Positions 8,887 through 21,572 are shown, counted from the first letter of the stretch. The stretch is 64,000 bases of DNA from an uncultured Acidobacteriota bacterium (GCA_963779415.1 CAVZYA010000001.1:992001-1056000); one strand, 5' to 3'. The notes: a model not told the origin generated them from the sequence alone. Numbers and translations: made by a program.

Positions 8887-11103
8887 TCATTCTCCTTCGG
8901 CATCTCGGGCGTTGAAGAACTTCTTGCCCGTGCGGGCGAGGTCTGAAAGGAGCGGGGCGGGGGCGAAGCGCGGCCCCTTCTCGGCCACGAGCTTCAGGAG
9001 CCCGTCGACGATCGCGCTCGCGCCGACCGAGTCGGCGTACGCGCAGAGCCCGCCGCGAAACGGCGGGAACCCGGTCCCGAAGATCATCGCGAGGTCAAGC
9101 TTCGCCGGGCTCTCGACGACTCCCTCGGCGAGGCAGAAGGCCGCCTCGTTCACCATCGGGAAGAGAAGACGTCGTTCGATCTCCGAAGAGGAGGGACTCC
9201 TGGAAGGCGAAGAAAGGCCCAGCTCGCCGTAGAGCGCGGGATCGGGGCCGCTCCGTTTCTCTCCCTCGTAGGAATAGAAGCCCTTTCCCGACTTGCGGCC
9301 GAGCCTCCTGGCGGCGACCATCTTCTCGAAGGCCGGGTCGATCGGCATCCGATCCGAAAAGGCGCCGGAGAGCGTTTCGGCTCCCTTCGTGGCCACGTCG
9401 ATCCCCACGTCGTCCAGGAGCTCGAAGGGGCCGACCGGCATGCCGAACGCGCGCATCGCCCTGTCGACGGCGGCCGGGTCGGCGCCTTCCAGAAGGAGCC
9501 GTACGGCCTCCCCCAGATAGGGCGCGAGAATCCGGTTCACGAGGAAGCCCGGGGCGTCCTTCACGACGACCGGTGTCTTCCCCATCCGCTTGGCGAGCTC
9601 GAAGATCGTGGCGGTGACCTCCGGGTCGGTCTTCGCCCCGTAGATCACCTCGACGAGCGGCATCTTGTGGACGGGATTGAAGAAGTGCATCCCGACGACT
9701 CGCTCCGGGTGCGCCGCATCCGCCGCGATCTGAGTGATCGGAAGCGTCGAGGTGTTGGAGGCGAAGATCGCCGAGGGGGGGACGACCGCTTCCCACTCCT
9801 TCAGCACGGCCTTCTTGACGGCCATCTTCTCGAGGACCGCCTCGATCGTGACGTCGCAGCTCTCGAAGCCGGCGTAGTCGAGCGACCCGGAGAGGAGGGA
9901 CATCTTCCCGGCGAACTCCGCGCGCGTCATCCGACGCTTCCGGAGCTTCTCCTTCCAGATCTTCGCGGCCTGGGCGTAGCCGCCGGCGAGGGGCTCGGGC
10001 CTGATGTCCTTCATCCGGGCCGGATGGCCCTTGTCCGCCGCGAGCTGGGCGATGCCGCCCCCCATGACACCCGCGCCGAGGACGCCGATCCTCCGAACGG
10101 GTCGCGGCTTGACGCCCTCACGAACGCCCGTCTCCTTCTTCACCTCTTCCATCCGGAAGAAGAGATTCACGAGGTTCCTCATCGTGGGAGTTCCGGCGAG
10201 CGCCAGGACCCCGGCGACCTCCTCCTCGAGCGCCTGCGCGAGCGGGGCGCCGAAGCCCTTCCGGATCGCCTCGAGCGCCGCGAGCGGAGCCGGATAGTGC
10301 CCCCGGGTCTCCTTGAGGACGGACGCCTTCGCCCTGGAGAAGACGATCCCCTTCCCGACGCCTTCGAGCAGCTTCTCCTGAAGCGTCGCGGCCCGCGCGC
10401 GGACCGGCCCACCGTCCGGGGCGGCGTTCGAGCGCTTGGGCGTTCCGAACTTTCCACGGGCGAACTTCTTTGCTTCCTCGAGGAGGATCGGCCGCGGGAC
10501 GACCTCGTCCACGAGGCCCATCCGCCGGGCGCGCTTTCCGTCGACGCTCTTCCCCGCGAGGATGATGTCGAGGGCCCCCGCCAGTCCGATGACGCGCGGG
10601 AGCCGCGAGCAGCCTCCCCACGCCGGCAGGATTCCGAGCCGGATCTCGGGAAGGCCGATCTGGGTCTTCTTCGAGTCGGACGCGAGGCGCCAGTCCATGG
10701 CGAGGGTCGTCTCGCACCCTCCTCCGAGGCAGGCGCCGTCGACGGCCGCGACCGTCGGGTAGGGGAGGCGCGCGAGCTTTCCGAAGACCTTCTGGCCGAA
10801 CCGGACTCCTTCGGCGACGAGGCTCGCCTCCGCTTTCGCGATCTCGTTCACGTCCGCCCCCGCGATGAAGATGTCGGGCTTGGACGAAACGAGGAGGAGC
10901 GCCTTGATCTCCGTCCGCTTCGCGAGGTCGTCGAGGAAGGCGTCGAACTCGCGGATGACGCCCGCCGAATACTTGTTCACTTTCTCGCCGGGCGTGTCGA
11001 AGAAGACGATTCCCAGCCCGTCGGGCTCGACCGCGAGCCGGAACGAGGGGCCGGCGGCATGGGGGGCGGCGGCCAGCTTCTCTTCGAGGAGCGTCGTCGA
11101 CAT
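8887..11103 (-). CDS. fadJ: Fatty acid oxidation complex alpha subunit (enoyl-CoA hydratase/3-hydroxyacyl-CoA dehydrogenase)
   Basis: FIAGAD, GACLGGGCE, GLPEIRLG, GAGVMGGGIA, SNTSTL, GMHFFNPV, GTGFPPFRGG. Confidence 0.92.
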   Translation of the reverse strand: MSTTLLEEKLAAAPHAAGPSFRLAVEPDGLGIVFFDTPGEKVNKYSAGVIREFDAFLDDLAKRTEIKALLLVSSKPDIFIAGADVNEIAKAEASLVAEGVRFGQKVFGKLARLPYPTVAAVDGACLGGGCETTLAMDWRLASDSKKTQIGLPEIRLGILPAWGGCSRLPRVIGLAGALDIILAGKSVDGKRARRMGLVDEVVPRPILLEEAKKFARGKFGTPKRSNAAPDGGPVRARAATLQEKLLEGVGKGIVFSRAKASVLKETRGHYPAPLAALEAIRKGFGAPLAQALEEEVAGVLALAGTPTMRNLVNLFFRMEEVKKETGVREGVKPRPVRRIGVLGAGVMGGGIAQLAADKGHPARMKDIRPEPLAGGYAQAAKIWKEKLRKRRMTRAEFAGKMSLLSGSLDYAGFESCDVTIEAVLEKMAVKKAVLKEWEAVVPPSAIFASNTSTLPITQIAADAAHPERVVGMHFFNPVHKMPLVEVIYGAKTDPEVTATIFELAKRMGKTPVVVKDAPGFLVNRILAPYLGEAVRLLLEGADPAAVDRAMRAFGMPVGPFELLDDVGIDVATKGAETLSGAFSDRMPIDPAFEKMVAARRLGRKSGKGFYSYEGEKRSGPDPALYGELGLSSPSRSPSSSEIERRLLFPMVNEAAFCLAEGVVESPAKLDLAMIFGTGFPPFRGGLCAYADSVGASAIVDGLLKLVAEKGPRFAPAPLLSDLARTGKKFFNARDAEGE

Positions 11104-11104
11104 G

Positions 11105-12361
11105 TCAGGCTTTCTCCAGAAGGATCGAGGCTCCCTGCCCTCCCCCGACGCAGAGCGTGGCGAGGCCGCGGGAGACGTTGCGGCGGCGCATCTCGAGGAG
11201 CAGCGTCAGGATGAGGCGCGTCCCCGAGGCGCCGACGGGGTGGCCGAGTGCGATGGCGCCGCCGTTCACGTTCAGGAGGCTCTCGTCGAGGGCGCCGAGG
11301 GCGGCATCCGTCTCGAACGCCCTGAGGTTCGCGAGAACCTGCGCCGCGAAGGCCTCGTTGATCTCGACGAGGCCGATCTCCTTCATCGTCCAGCCCGCCT
11401 TCCGGAGCGCGAAGGGCGTGGAGCGCGAGGGCCCGAGTCCCATCCGTTCCGGCTCGAGCCCGGCGAAGCCCCACCCCGCGATTCGGCCGAGCGGTTTCAG
11501 ACCTCTTTTCGTCACGAAGCTCTCGGAGGCGACGATGACGGCTGCCGCGCCGTCGGTGATCTGCGAGGAGTTGCCCGGGGTAACGCTCCCGTACTTCCGG
11601 TCGAAGAAGGGCTTCAGCCTCGCGAGCGCCTCCATCGTCTGGCCCTCGCGGATGCCGTTGTCGAGCATGGAGACCTTGTCGTAGTTCGGGGGGAGCGGCA
11701 CGGCCACCAGCTCCTCCGCGAGCCGCGCACGCCCCGCCGTCGCGCGCTGGTGCGACCGGAGGGCGAAGGCGTCCTGGCTTTCGCGGGTGATCCCCCCTTC
11801 CTTGGCGAGAATCTCGGCGGTCTCCCCCATGTTCAGGCCGCAGACGGGGTCCGTGAGCCCCTCCTTCAGGCCGATGACGGGGTTGAACAACTGGCCCCAC
11901 GGCATCTTCGTGAAAGCGCCGATCCGCTTCCCGGCGCTCTTCGCCGTCCCCGCCTTCGTGAAGACCGCCTTCACTCCGTCGCGGTAGAGGAACGGGATCT
12001 GCGACATGCTTTCGGTCCCGCCGGCGAGGACGACGTCGGCCTCTCCCGTCTGGATGAGCCGGGCCGCATGGACGACCGAATCGACGCCGGACGCGCAGTT
12101 GCGCGAGACCGAATACGCCGGACGCTCCTTCGGGACCCCGGCGCGAAGGGCGATGACACGGCCGATGTTGGCGGCGTCGACCGGCGTCGCGATGTTGCCG
12201 AAGATCGTCTGCTCGATGTCGGCCGGCTCGAGGCCGGCGCGCGCCATCGCTTCCACCGAGGCCGATCGCCCGAGGTCGACGGCGCTAACGTCCGAAAAGT
12301 CGGTGCCGGCCCGCGTGAACGGGGTGCGGGCGCCGTGGATGACGAAAGCGGAACGGGTCAT
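11105..12361 (-). CDS. fadI: 3-ketoacyl-CoA thiolase
   Basis: GARTPF, RNCASG, EINEAFA, GHPVGASG, LCVGGGQG. Confidence 0.9.
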   Translation of the reverse strand: MTRSAFVIHGARTPFTRAGTDFSDVSAVDLGRSASVEAMARAGLEPADIEQTIFGNIATPVDAANIGRVIALRAGVPKERPAYSVSRNCASGVDSVVHAARLIQTGEADVVLAGGTESMSQIPFLYRDGVKAVFTKAGTAKSAGKRIGAFTKMPWGQLFNPVIGLKEGLTDPVCGLNMGETAEILAKEGGITRESQDAFALRSHQRATAGRARLAEELVAVPLPPNYDKVSMLDNGIREGQTMEALARLKPFFDRKYGSVTPGNSSQITDGAAAVIVASESFVTKRGLKPLGRIAGWGFAGLEPERMGLGPSRSTPFALRKAGWTMKEIGLVEINEAFAAQVLANLRAFETDAALGALDESLLNVNGGAIALGHPVGASGTRLILTLLLEMRRRNVSRGLATLCVGGGQGASILLEKA

Positions 12362-13145
12362 GCGCGCTTTCTCCTCTCGCGGCCCGGCGGGGCACGGCCG
12401 CGCTTCTTCCTTTTCTTCCGCGCGGGAGGGCGACGGTGGGGGGCCCCGTTGCCCGGGGGAACCGCCGATCGGGTTCCCCCTGTTCATCCTCGGGGGCGAA
12501 GCCCGAAAGGAGCATCCCGACGACCTTTCGCGCGTCCGTCAGGAGAGTCGGCTCTCCCGAGAAGAGCCATTCGGAGACGATCTCGTCGGCCGCGCCGAAG
12601 AGGACCCGGACGGCGAGACGGGGCGAGAGCTGGGCGCGGAACTCGCCGCTCTCGATCCCGTCCTTGAGGACGCCGCCGAGAAGCCGGAAGTAATCGACCA
12701 GCTTCGAGCGGATGACGCGCTGGAGCATCCGCGCGCTCCGCCGGAGCTCGATCTGGAAAAGCGACGCGAGGTCGCGGTCCGACGCGAGGAACGTCAGGTG
12801 GAGGTCGACGAGGCGCGTCAGCCGTTCGGCAGCGGGATCTCCGCTCGCGGCGATCTCCCGCCCCCTCGCAAGGAGCAGGTCCATCTTCTCGTCGAAGACC
12901 GTCGCGAAGAGATGCTCCTTGTTGCGGAAGTAGAGGTAAACCGTCCCCTCCGCCACGTGGGCCTCGGAGGCGATCTCGGCGATCTTGGCGTCGTGGTAGC
13001 CGCGGCGGCCGAAGGTCCGGACGGCGGCATCGAGGATCCGTTGCCGCTTCACCGGGTCCGCGCCGGAGGGCGACATCTCTCGAAGGGAGCCCGCCGAGCT
13101 CTCGTGCGCGACCCCCTGCGGTTCAGGCATACCGACCCCTGCCAT
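12285..13145 (-). CDS. TetR-family regulator, Bacillus FadR(YsiA)-like (3' end uncertain)
   Basis: ILDAAVRTFGRRGYH...AEGTVYLYFRNKE HTH; LFQIELRRS; heads the beta-oxidation genes. Confidence 0.85.
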   Translation of the reverse strand: MAGVGMPEPQGVAHESSAGSLREMSPSGADPVKRQRILDAAVRTFGRRGYHDAKIAEIASEAHVAEGTVYLYFRNKEHLFATVFDEKMDLLLARGREIAASGDPAAERLTRLVDLHLTFLASDRDLASLFQIELRRSARMLQRVIRSKLVDYFRLLGGVLKDGIESGEFRAQLSPRLAVRVLFGAADEIVSEWLFSGEPTLLTDARKVVGMLLSGFAPEDEQGEPDRRFPRATGPPTVALPRGRKGRSAAVPRRAARGESAHDPFRFRHPRRPHPVHAGRHRLFGR

Positions 13146-13162
13146 CCGACCCCCTCGGCCCA

Positions 13163-13182
13163 CTGAATGAGCCGTCATTCAG
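13163..13182. promoter_or_regulatory. Palindromic operator CTGAATGA-N4-TCATTCAG (FadR-box-like)
   Basis: Perfect 8-bp inverted repeat directly upstream of the TetR gene, touching the -10 element. Confidence 0.85.
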
Positions 13183-13210
13183 CGTATGCCCCCACGGAGG
13201 CCGATGTCAA
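13181..13210 (-). promoter_or_regulatory. Sigma70-type promoter TTGACA-N18-TACGCT of the tetR-fad operon
   Basis: Consensus -35 at 13210-13205, TANNNT -10 at 13186-13181. Confidence 0.7.
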
Positions 13211-13257
13211 GGCCTCGGACGCTTCACCCCGGAGGGCGCGAGAGGGAAACCGGGCGC

Positions 13258-15049
13258 TCAGCCCGCTTTTTCGACGTACAGGCCGTCGATGATCGCCTTG
13301 TACTTCTGGTCGATGATCCGCCGCTTCACCTTGAGCGTCGGGGTCAGCTCGCCCCCCTCGATCGACAGGTCGGCCGGAAGAACCGCGAACTTGACGATCT
13401 GCTGCTCGTGCGGCTTCTCGGCGTTCCACTCGTCGATCGCCTTCTGGTAGAGATCCCTCACGCGCGGCTCCTCGGCCAGAGACTCGAACGACAGGGATCC
13501 GAGCCCGTTCTGCCCCGCCCAGTCCTTCAGCTTCTCGAAGTTCGGGATGATGAGGCAGGAGAGGTATCGGCGGCGGTCGCCGAGGATGACGGGCAGGGAG
13601 ATGAACGGGTTCCCCTTCAGGAAGCCCTCGATGGGAGCCGGGGCGATGTTCTTGCCGTTGGCGTTGACGATGATCTCCTTCTTCCGGTCCGTGATGGAGA
13701 GGAAGCCGTCCTCGTCGATCCTGCCGATGTCCCCCGTATGGAACCATCCGTCGGCATCGATCGCCTCCTTCGTGGCTTCGGGCTTGTTGAAGTACCCCCT
13801 CATGACGTGCGGTCCGCGCGTCAGGATCTCGCCGTCGGGGGCGATCTTGCACTCGACGCCCGGGAGGATCCGGCCCACCGTGCCGAGCCGCCACGCTGCC
13901 GGATAGTTCACCGCGATGACCGGGCTCGTCTCGGTGAGGCCGTACCCCTCGTAAACCTCTACCCCTGCTGCCCAGAAGAACTCGGCCAGCTCCTTCGAAA
14001 GCGGCGCGCCGCCCGAGATGCAGTAGCGGAACCGCGAGCCGAGCAGGGCCCGGATCTTGTGGAGGACGAGCCGGTCGAGGACGAAGTGCTGGAGAGCGAG
14101 GACGACGTCGGGGGTCTTCTTCTGCGCCCGGAAGGAGAGGACCTGCTTGCCGACGTCGAGCGCCTTCCAGAAGAGCTTCTGGCGGGCCGCCGGCGCCTTC
14201 GAGACGTTGTCCATGACGCGGCCGTAGACCTTCTCGTAGACCCGCGGCACCGCGGCGAAGATGTGCGGGTTCACCTCGCCGAGGTTGTCCCGGAGCTTGT
14301 CGATCGACTCGGCGAAGGCGATCGTCGCGCCGAAGTGGTAGTAGAGGTACTCCGACCATCCGCTCGAGGACGTGCGAGAGCGGCAGGAACGAGAGCGCGA
14401 CGGTCGTGGGGGGAAGCGGCAGCAGCTCCGCGCAGGCGAGGACGTTCGAGACGAAGTTGCTCTGGAGGAGCATGGCCCCCTTCGGCTCCCCCGTCGTTCC
14501 CGACGTGTAGATCAGCGTCGCGAGATCGTCGGGTTTCCGCGCATCGGCCCGCCGGTCGAACGCGGCCGGATCGGCCGCGTGAGCCTTGCGTCCCTCCACG
14601 AGCACCCCTTCGAACGGCTCGGTCCCCTTGACGAACACCTCGTCGAACAGAACGACTCTCTTCAGGGAGGGGCAGGTGCGCCGGGCGTCCAGCACCTTCT
14701 GCGCCTGAACGGCGTTCGAGCAGAAGGCAACGACGGAGCCCGAGTCTCGCAGGAGATACTCCGCCTGCTCCGAGACCATCGTCGGGAAGATCGGGACGAG
14801 GATCGCGCCGTAACACTGACATGCGAAATCGACGATCGCCCACTCCGGCCGGTTCTCCGAAAGAAGCGCGACGCGGTCGCCCGTCTTCGCGCCGAGCCCT
14901 TCCAGCGCCGCGGCGAGCGTCTGCACGCGCTCGATGAACTCCTTCGTCGAGATCGGGTGCCAGGCCCCGTCTTTCTTGTAGAGGAGGAGGTCCGGCTTCT
15001 GGAAGCCCGAGAGATTCCGGAAGATATCGACGAGAGTTCGAGGTGCCAT
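13258..15049 (-). CDS. fadD: Long-chain fatty acid-CoA ligase (one frameshift near 14352)
   Basis: YTSGTTGEPKG, SFLPLSH, then EGYGLTETSP, WFHTGDIG, LTPTLKVKR; removing one G joins the frames. Confidence 0.9.
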
Positions 15050-15133
15050 AAGTCCCCTCCGACGCGTTCGGGCGTAGCTCTTCTGCGATTATAGGCACGC
15101 CCGAAGCAGCGGGGCGGGAAGGAGATACGTCCG

Positions 15134-15891
15134 ATGACGAGGCGCCTGACACGGCAAAGGGACGCGGAAGCCCGACCGGTCGCGCTTGTGACCGGCAGTG
15201 CGCACCGCCTCGGCCGGGAACTCGCTCTCGGCTTCGGAAGAGCCGGCTACGACGTCGCCGTCCATTTCAGAAGCCAGCAGGAGGACGCCCGAGGAGACCG
15301 GGAGATTGCTCCGAAAGGAGGGGGCGAAGGCAGCCTCTTTCAGAGCGGACCTTGCGCGGGACGGTGCCCCTCTCCTGCTCGTGGAAAAGGTGCTCTGCCT
15401 TCTTCGGCCGTCTCGACGTCCTCGTCCACGCCGCCTCCCCATGGGTGACGAAGGCCATCGCGGACGTCACCGTTGCCGACTGGGAGGCGGCCTTCCGGGT
15501 CGGGCCGAAGGCGGCGTTCTTTCTCGCCCAGGCGGCCGCGCCCTATCTCGCGAAGAGCCTTGGGGCGATCCTCCTGATCTCCGACGTCGCCGCGACGAAA
15601 GCCTGGCCGAACCACGTCCCGCACGCCGCCGCGAAGGCCGCCGTCGACGCGCTCGTCCGGAACCTCGCCGTCGCGCTCGGGCCCTCGATTCGAGTGAACG
15701 GCCTCGCACCAGGCATCGTCCTGCCACCGGCTCAGCTCCCCTCCGACGTCGTGCGGCGCCTCGTCGTCCGAACGCCCCTTCGCCGCCGCGTCGCCGTGGA
15801 AGACCTCGTCTCGATGGCCGTCGCCATGGCGTCGAACCGGTCGATGACCGGACAGGTCGTGGCCGTCGACGCCGGGCGGTCGTGCGTCTGA
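15134..15891 (+). CDS. SDR oxidoreductase, pteridine-reductase-like (about two frameshifts)
   Basis: VALVTGSAHRLG, FRADL, GRLDVLV, RVNGLAPG, MTGQVVAVDAG distributed over three frames. Confidence 0.75.
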
Positions 15892-15942
15892 AACGGAATG
15901 CTCTTCGTAGAATGGGAAGAGCGCGGGGGGATTCTTCAGAAG

Positions 15943-16951
15943 GTGGGAGAAAAGACGTCGAAGCGCCCGGGAGCCGTTTCTGTCCTTCTTGCGGCTGCCC
16001 TCGGCGTCGCCTCCGGGAGCTGCGGCAGAAAAGCGCTCGACCTCCTCCGCCCGTCCGGCATTCCGAGTCGCGCTCCTGACCCCGGGCCCGATCTCCGACG
16101 CCGGCTGGAATGCCGGCGCGTACGACGGGCTCATGGCCATCGAGAAGGAGCTGGGGGCGAAGGTCTCCCACGTGCAGGTCAGGTCCCCCTCGGAATTCGA
16201 GGAGCAGTTCCGCGCTTACGCGGCCGAAGGCTACGACCTCTGTTTCGGGCACGGCTTCGAGTTCCAGGACGCGGCTGCCCGCGTCGCGGCCGACTACCCG
16301 CGGACCGTCTTCGTGACGACCTCGGGCTCGCGGACGGCCCCGAACCTCGCGCCGATCGTCTTCGAGCTGGAACAGGCGACCTACCTCTGCGGCCTCGTCT
16401 CCGGACGCCTCTCGAAGACCGGTCGCGCCGGAATGGTGGGCGGCGTCGAGCTTCCGTCGATCAAGTCGACGTTCCTCGCGTTCGAGGCGGGAATGAAGGC
16501 CGTGAGGCCCTCGGCCGAGGTCCGCACCGTCTTCACGGGCTCGTTCGAGGACGTCGCTGCGGCCAAGGCGGCCGCGCTCGCGCTCGCCGACCAGAAGTGC
16601 GACTTCCTCTTCCAGAACGCGGACAGCGCCGCCGTCGGCGTCTTCGCGGCGGCGGAGGAGCGGGGGATCCGCGCCTTCGGGTCGAACCGGGATCAGAACG
16701 CCCTCTCCCCCGCCATCCTCGCGTCGGCGGTCATCGACATGCCGCGGGCCTTCGTGGAGACCGCGCGCCGCGTGAAAGAGGGGCGCTTCGATGGCACGCC
16801 GCTCCGATACGGCCTCGCTTCGGGGGTCATCTCCTTCGTCTGGAGCCCGTCGCAGAAGGCGACGGTTCCGGTCGCCGTCCTCGACGAAGTCGCGCGCGTC
16901 GAGGGCGAGATCGCATCCGGGACGAGGAGGGTGCCGCGGGGGAATTTCTGA
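15943..16951 (+). CDS. BMP-family ABC substrate-binding lipoprotein (frameshift just after the signal peptide)
   Basis: Signal ending GSC; PGPISDAGWNAGAYDGL, GHGFEFQD, TGSFEDVA; start uncertain. Confidence 0.8.
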
Positions 16952-16987
16952 GAGGATGACGGGAGCGGCGGCCACGGTGCCTCTGGC

Positions 16988-18603
<1,616 letters not shown>

Positions 18604-18607
<4 letters not shown>

Positions 18608-19623
18608 GCCTCGCCTCGCCCCGACGCGCCGTCCGGGCCGCGGCTCTCGGCGCAGGGCTCCTCGCGCTCCTCGCAGCCCTCGTCCTGATCGCCGGCGCAT
18701 CGCCCGCAGCGGCTCTCGCCGCCCTCGTCCGGGGATCGGCCGGCTCTCCGGCGGCGCTCGGAGAGACGTTGACGCGCGCAACGTCACTCGTCCTTTGCGC
18801 CTCCGGGGCGGTCCTCGCCCTCCGCGCCGGCGTCCTGAACATCGGGCTCGACGGGCAGCTCCTCGCGGGGGCCGCTGCGGCCGCGGCGGCAGGATCGCTC
18901 TTCCCGGAGGCGCCTGCCACCGCCCGTCTGACGATTCTCGTCGCGGCCGCAACCGCCGGGGCTCTCTTCGCCGCCCCCGCGGCGTGGCTCGCGGAGCGAC
19001 GGGGCGTTCCGCCCGTCCTGTCGACGCTTCTCCTCAATCTCATCGCGGCCGCGGCCGTGACCTGGCTCGTACGGGGTCCACTTCAGGATCCGTCGGCCGA
19101 CTACCCGCAGAGCCGCCCGCTCCCGGCCGCGGTGCGCCTCGCCCCTCTCGCTCCCGGCTTCCGGACGACGGCGGCGTTCCCCCTCTCCCTTCTCGCCGCG
19201 GCGGGTGTGGGCGTCTTCCTTTCCCGTACACCCGCGGGGCTGAAGCTCCGGGCCGCCGGCGCCGCGCCGGCGGCGGCGCGCGCCATCGGCATCTCGGACG
19301 TCCCTCTTCGTGCGGGGGCCTTCCTCGGATCGGCCGCTCTTGCGGGCCTCGCGGGAGGCCTCGAAGTGGCAGCCGTGACGGGACGGCTCTTCGATCCGTT
19401 CGGCTCGGGAGTCGGCTATCTCGGCATCGCGGCCGCGCTCCTCGGCGGATCGGGCGCGGGGGGAGCCGTCGTCGCGGCTCTCTTCTTTGCCGCGCTCGGC
19501 GCCGGCTCCGGCGCGCTCCAGCGGGACATCGGCGTCCCCGCGGCCGTCGCCACCGTCGTCCCGGGTCTTCTGGTCCTCGCCGTCCTGCTCCTCGGGCGGC
19601 GGAGCCCCGGAGAGGCCGGATGA
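18604..19623 (+). CDS. ABC transporter permease (BPD_transp_2)
   Basis: RAGVLNIGLDGQ, hydrophobic, GYLGIAAALLG. Confidence 0.88.
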
Positions 19624-20483
19624 GCGGGTTTCTAGAGATCGCCCTTCTCTTCTCGGCGCCGCTCCTTCTCGCGGCCTGCGGAGAGCTGGTCCTCGAGCGC
19701 GCCGGGTCGATTCAGATCGGCATCGAGGGGACGATGCTGATCGGCGCCTTCTCGGCCTTCGCCGTCGGGTTCCGGACCGGGAGCCCGGCGCTTTCCCTCG
19801 CGGCGGGGGCCGCCGCGGGGCTCCTCGGAGGAGCCGCCTTCGCCGCCGTGGCGGTCGCGGGGCGGGCCGATCCGATCCTCACCGGGACGGCGTGGAACCT
19901 CGTCGCATTCGGCGGCACCGCGTTCGGCTACCAGCTCCTCGCCGGCACGACGGGCGCGGTCCTTCAGGTCGCGACGCTCTCCCGAGGGTTCCTCGGGCTC
20001 GACGGGGCCCTTCTCGCGGTCTTCGCGCTTCCGGTCGCCGTCCAGCTCGGTCTCCGCGTCACGCGGCCGGGCCTGCGCCTCGCCGCCGCCGGAGAGAATC
20101 CGGCCGCCCTCCACTCGCAGGGAATCTCGGTCGTCGCGGTCCGGACGGGGGCGTCGCTCTTTTCGGGAGTGACGGCGGGGCTCGCCGGGGCGCTCCTCGT
20201 CGTGACCGTTTCGCCGACGTTCGTCGAAGGGATGACCGCGGGCCGCGGCTTCCTCGCGCTCGCCGTCGTGGTCTTCGCGCGGTGGAAGCCGCTCCGCCTC
20301 CTTCCGACCTCTCTCCTGATCGGCGCCGCGTCGGCCCTTCAGGTACGCCTGCAGGCCGCGGGGTCGTCGGCCATCCCGTACGCGTTCTTCGTCGCGCTTC
20401 CCGCCCTTCTCGCGCTCTCTGCTCTCGCGATCTCGCCCGGGCGGGGCGGGGCGCCGAAGGCCCTGGGAGCCCCGGCGCCCTGA
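19620..20483 (+). CDS. ABC transporter permease (BPD_transp_2), second subunit
   Basis: ERAGSIQIGIEG, AAGENP, MTAGRGFLALA, APKALG; ATGA overlap. Confidence 0.88.
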   Translation: MSGFLEIALLFSAPLLLAACGELVLERAGSIQIGIEGTMLIGAFSAFAVGFRTGSPALSLAAGAAAGLLGGAAFAAVAVAGRADPILTGTAWNLVAFGGTAFGYQLLAGTTGAVLQVATLSRGFLGLDGALLAVFALPVAVQLGLRVTRPGLRLAAAGENPAALHSQGISVVAVRTGASLFSGVTAGLAGALLVVTVSPTFVEGMTAGRGFLALAVVVFARWKPLRLLPTSLLIGAASALQVRLQAAGSSAIPYAFFVALPALLALSALAISPGRGGAPKALGAPAP

Positions 20484-20492
20484 CCTCCCGCC

Positions 20493-20996
20493 CTATTCGT
20501 CAGAGCCGGGCGGGGGCTGGGGGGCCGGGGGACGCGGGTCAGGCCCTCCGCGATACTCCCCGCGCACCCGGTCGCGCCTCTCCTGCCGCCACTGATCGCG
20601 GCGCTCGAGCAGCTGTTTCCATTGCGCATCGGTCAGGACGCCGCGCATGTCGAGCACCATCATCGACACGGCCTTCCGGAGCTTCGAGCGGGACTGCCCG
20701 AGGGCGTCGACGGCGGCCTCGACTTTCTTCGGGTCGCTGTTCTTCTTCGCCATCAGATCATCCACGTCGAGCTGCTTCTTCTCGATGTCGGCCTTCAGGT
20801 CGACGAATTCGCGCCGGTTCTTCTGGAGGATCTGGTCCAGCTTGTCCTGCTGCTCGGCCGTGAGGTCGAGCGTTTTGACGACCGCCGGGCGCTTCCACCA
20901 CTTCCCGATCGGGACGTCGGACATCTGGGCCATCGCCAGGCCGGAGGTCAGGGCCGCTGCCGAAAGGAGGGAGAGAACCGGAATTCCTGCGCGCAT
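20493..20996 (-). CDS. Periplasmic Spy/CpxP-like (heavy-metal sensor family) protein
   Basis: Signal peptide, WW motif, two LTxxQ motifs (LTAEQ, LTDAQ). Confidence 0.75.
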   Translation of the reverse strand: MRAGIPVLSLLSAAALTSGLAMAQMSDVPIGKWWKRPAVVKTLDLTAEQQDKLDQILQKNRREFVDLKADIEKKQLDVDDLMAKKNSDPKKVEAAVDALGQSRSKLRKAVSMMVLDMRGVLTDAQWKQLLERRDQWRQERRDRVRGEYRGGPDPRPPAPQPPPGSDE

Positions 20997-21014
20997 CGAA
21001 ATCTCCTCGGGCTT

Positions 21015-21572
21015 CTAGGTTGTCTCGTCCGGGACGAGGCTGGCAAAGGCGGGCTCGTCGTGAAGGACCTGCTCGATCGAAAGGAGGAAGTCGTCGTCGG
21101 CCTGGTCGGCGGCCGGAACGCCCGCCGCCGTCGGCGTCGCCATCGCCTGCGGGGCCGGGGTCGGCACGGCACGCGATCCGAAACGGGCCACGGAGAGCCC
21201 CGCCATGAGAGCCACGGCGGCGGCGAGGCTCCCGAGGGCGAGGAACGGATGGCGGAAGAGACGCCGGCCCCGGACGGCCGCCGGGAACGGGAGGATGCCG
21301 CTCGTCACGGGACGCTCCGGCACCGCACGTCCCTCGACGGCCGCGAGAATGGCCGTTCGCTCGGATTCCCAGAACGACTCCGGAAGGCCGTCGACGAATC
21401 CGTCCACGGCGCCGCGGTCGAGAAGCCACGCCTCGCGAAGGCGCGCCACCTTCGCCTGGCACTCCTCGCAGCCGGCGAGGTGCTCCGGGACGGCGGAGGG
21501 CCGGTCGTCTCCGGGAAAGACCCGCGCGACGATTTCATCCGTGGTGAGGTGGCGATCCTCGGAGAGCTTCAT
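21015..21572 (-). CDS. Zinc-binding anti-sigma factor
   Basis: HLAGCEEC (HxxxCxxC), one TM helix, coupled to the ECF gene. Confidence 0.8.
   Translation of the reverse strand: MKLSEDRHLTTDEIVARVFPGDDRPSAVPEHLAGCEECQAKVARLREAWLLDRGAVDGFVDGLPESFWESERTAILAAVEGRAVPERPVTSGILPFPAAVRGRRLFRHPFLALGSLAAAVALMAGLSVARFGSRAVPTPAPQAMATPTAAGVPAADQADDDFLLSIEQVLHDEPAFASLVPDETT

Noticed and set aside
6143-16100. Frameshifts in the MBL hydrolase, fadD, SDR and BMP genes as pseudogenes or programmed frameshifts
   Set aside because: Mostly single-base indels, several in short homopolymers, with otherwise intact coding on both sides; typical of long-read consensus error.
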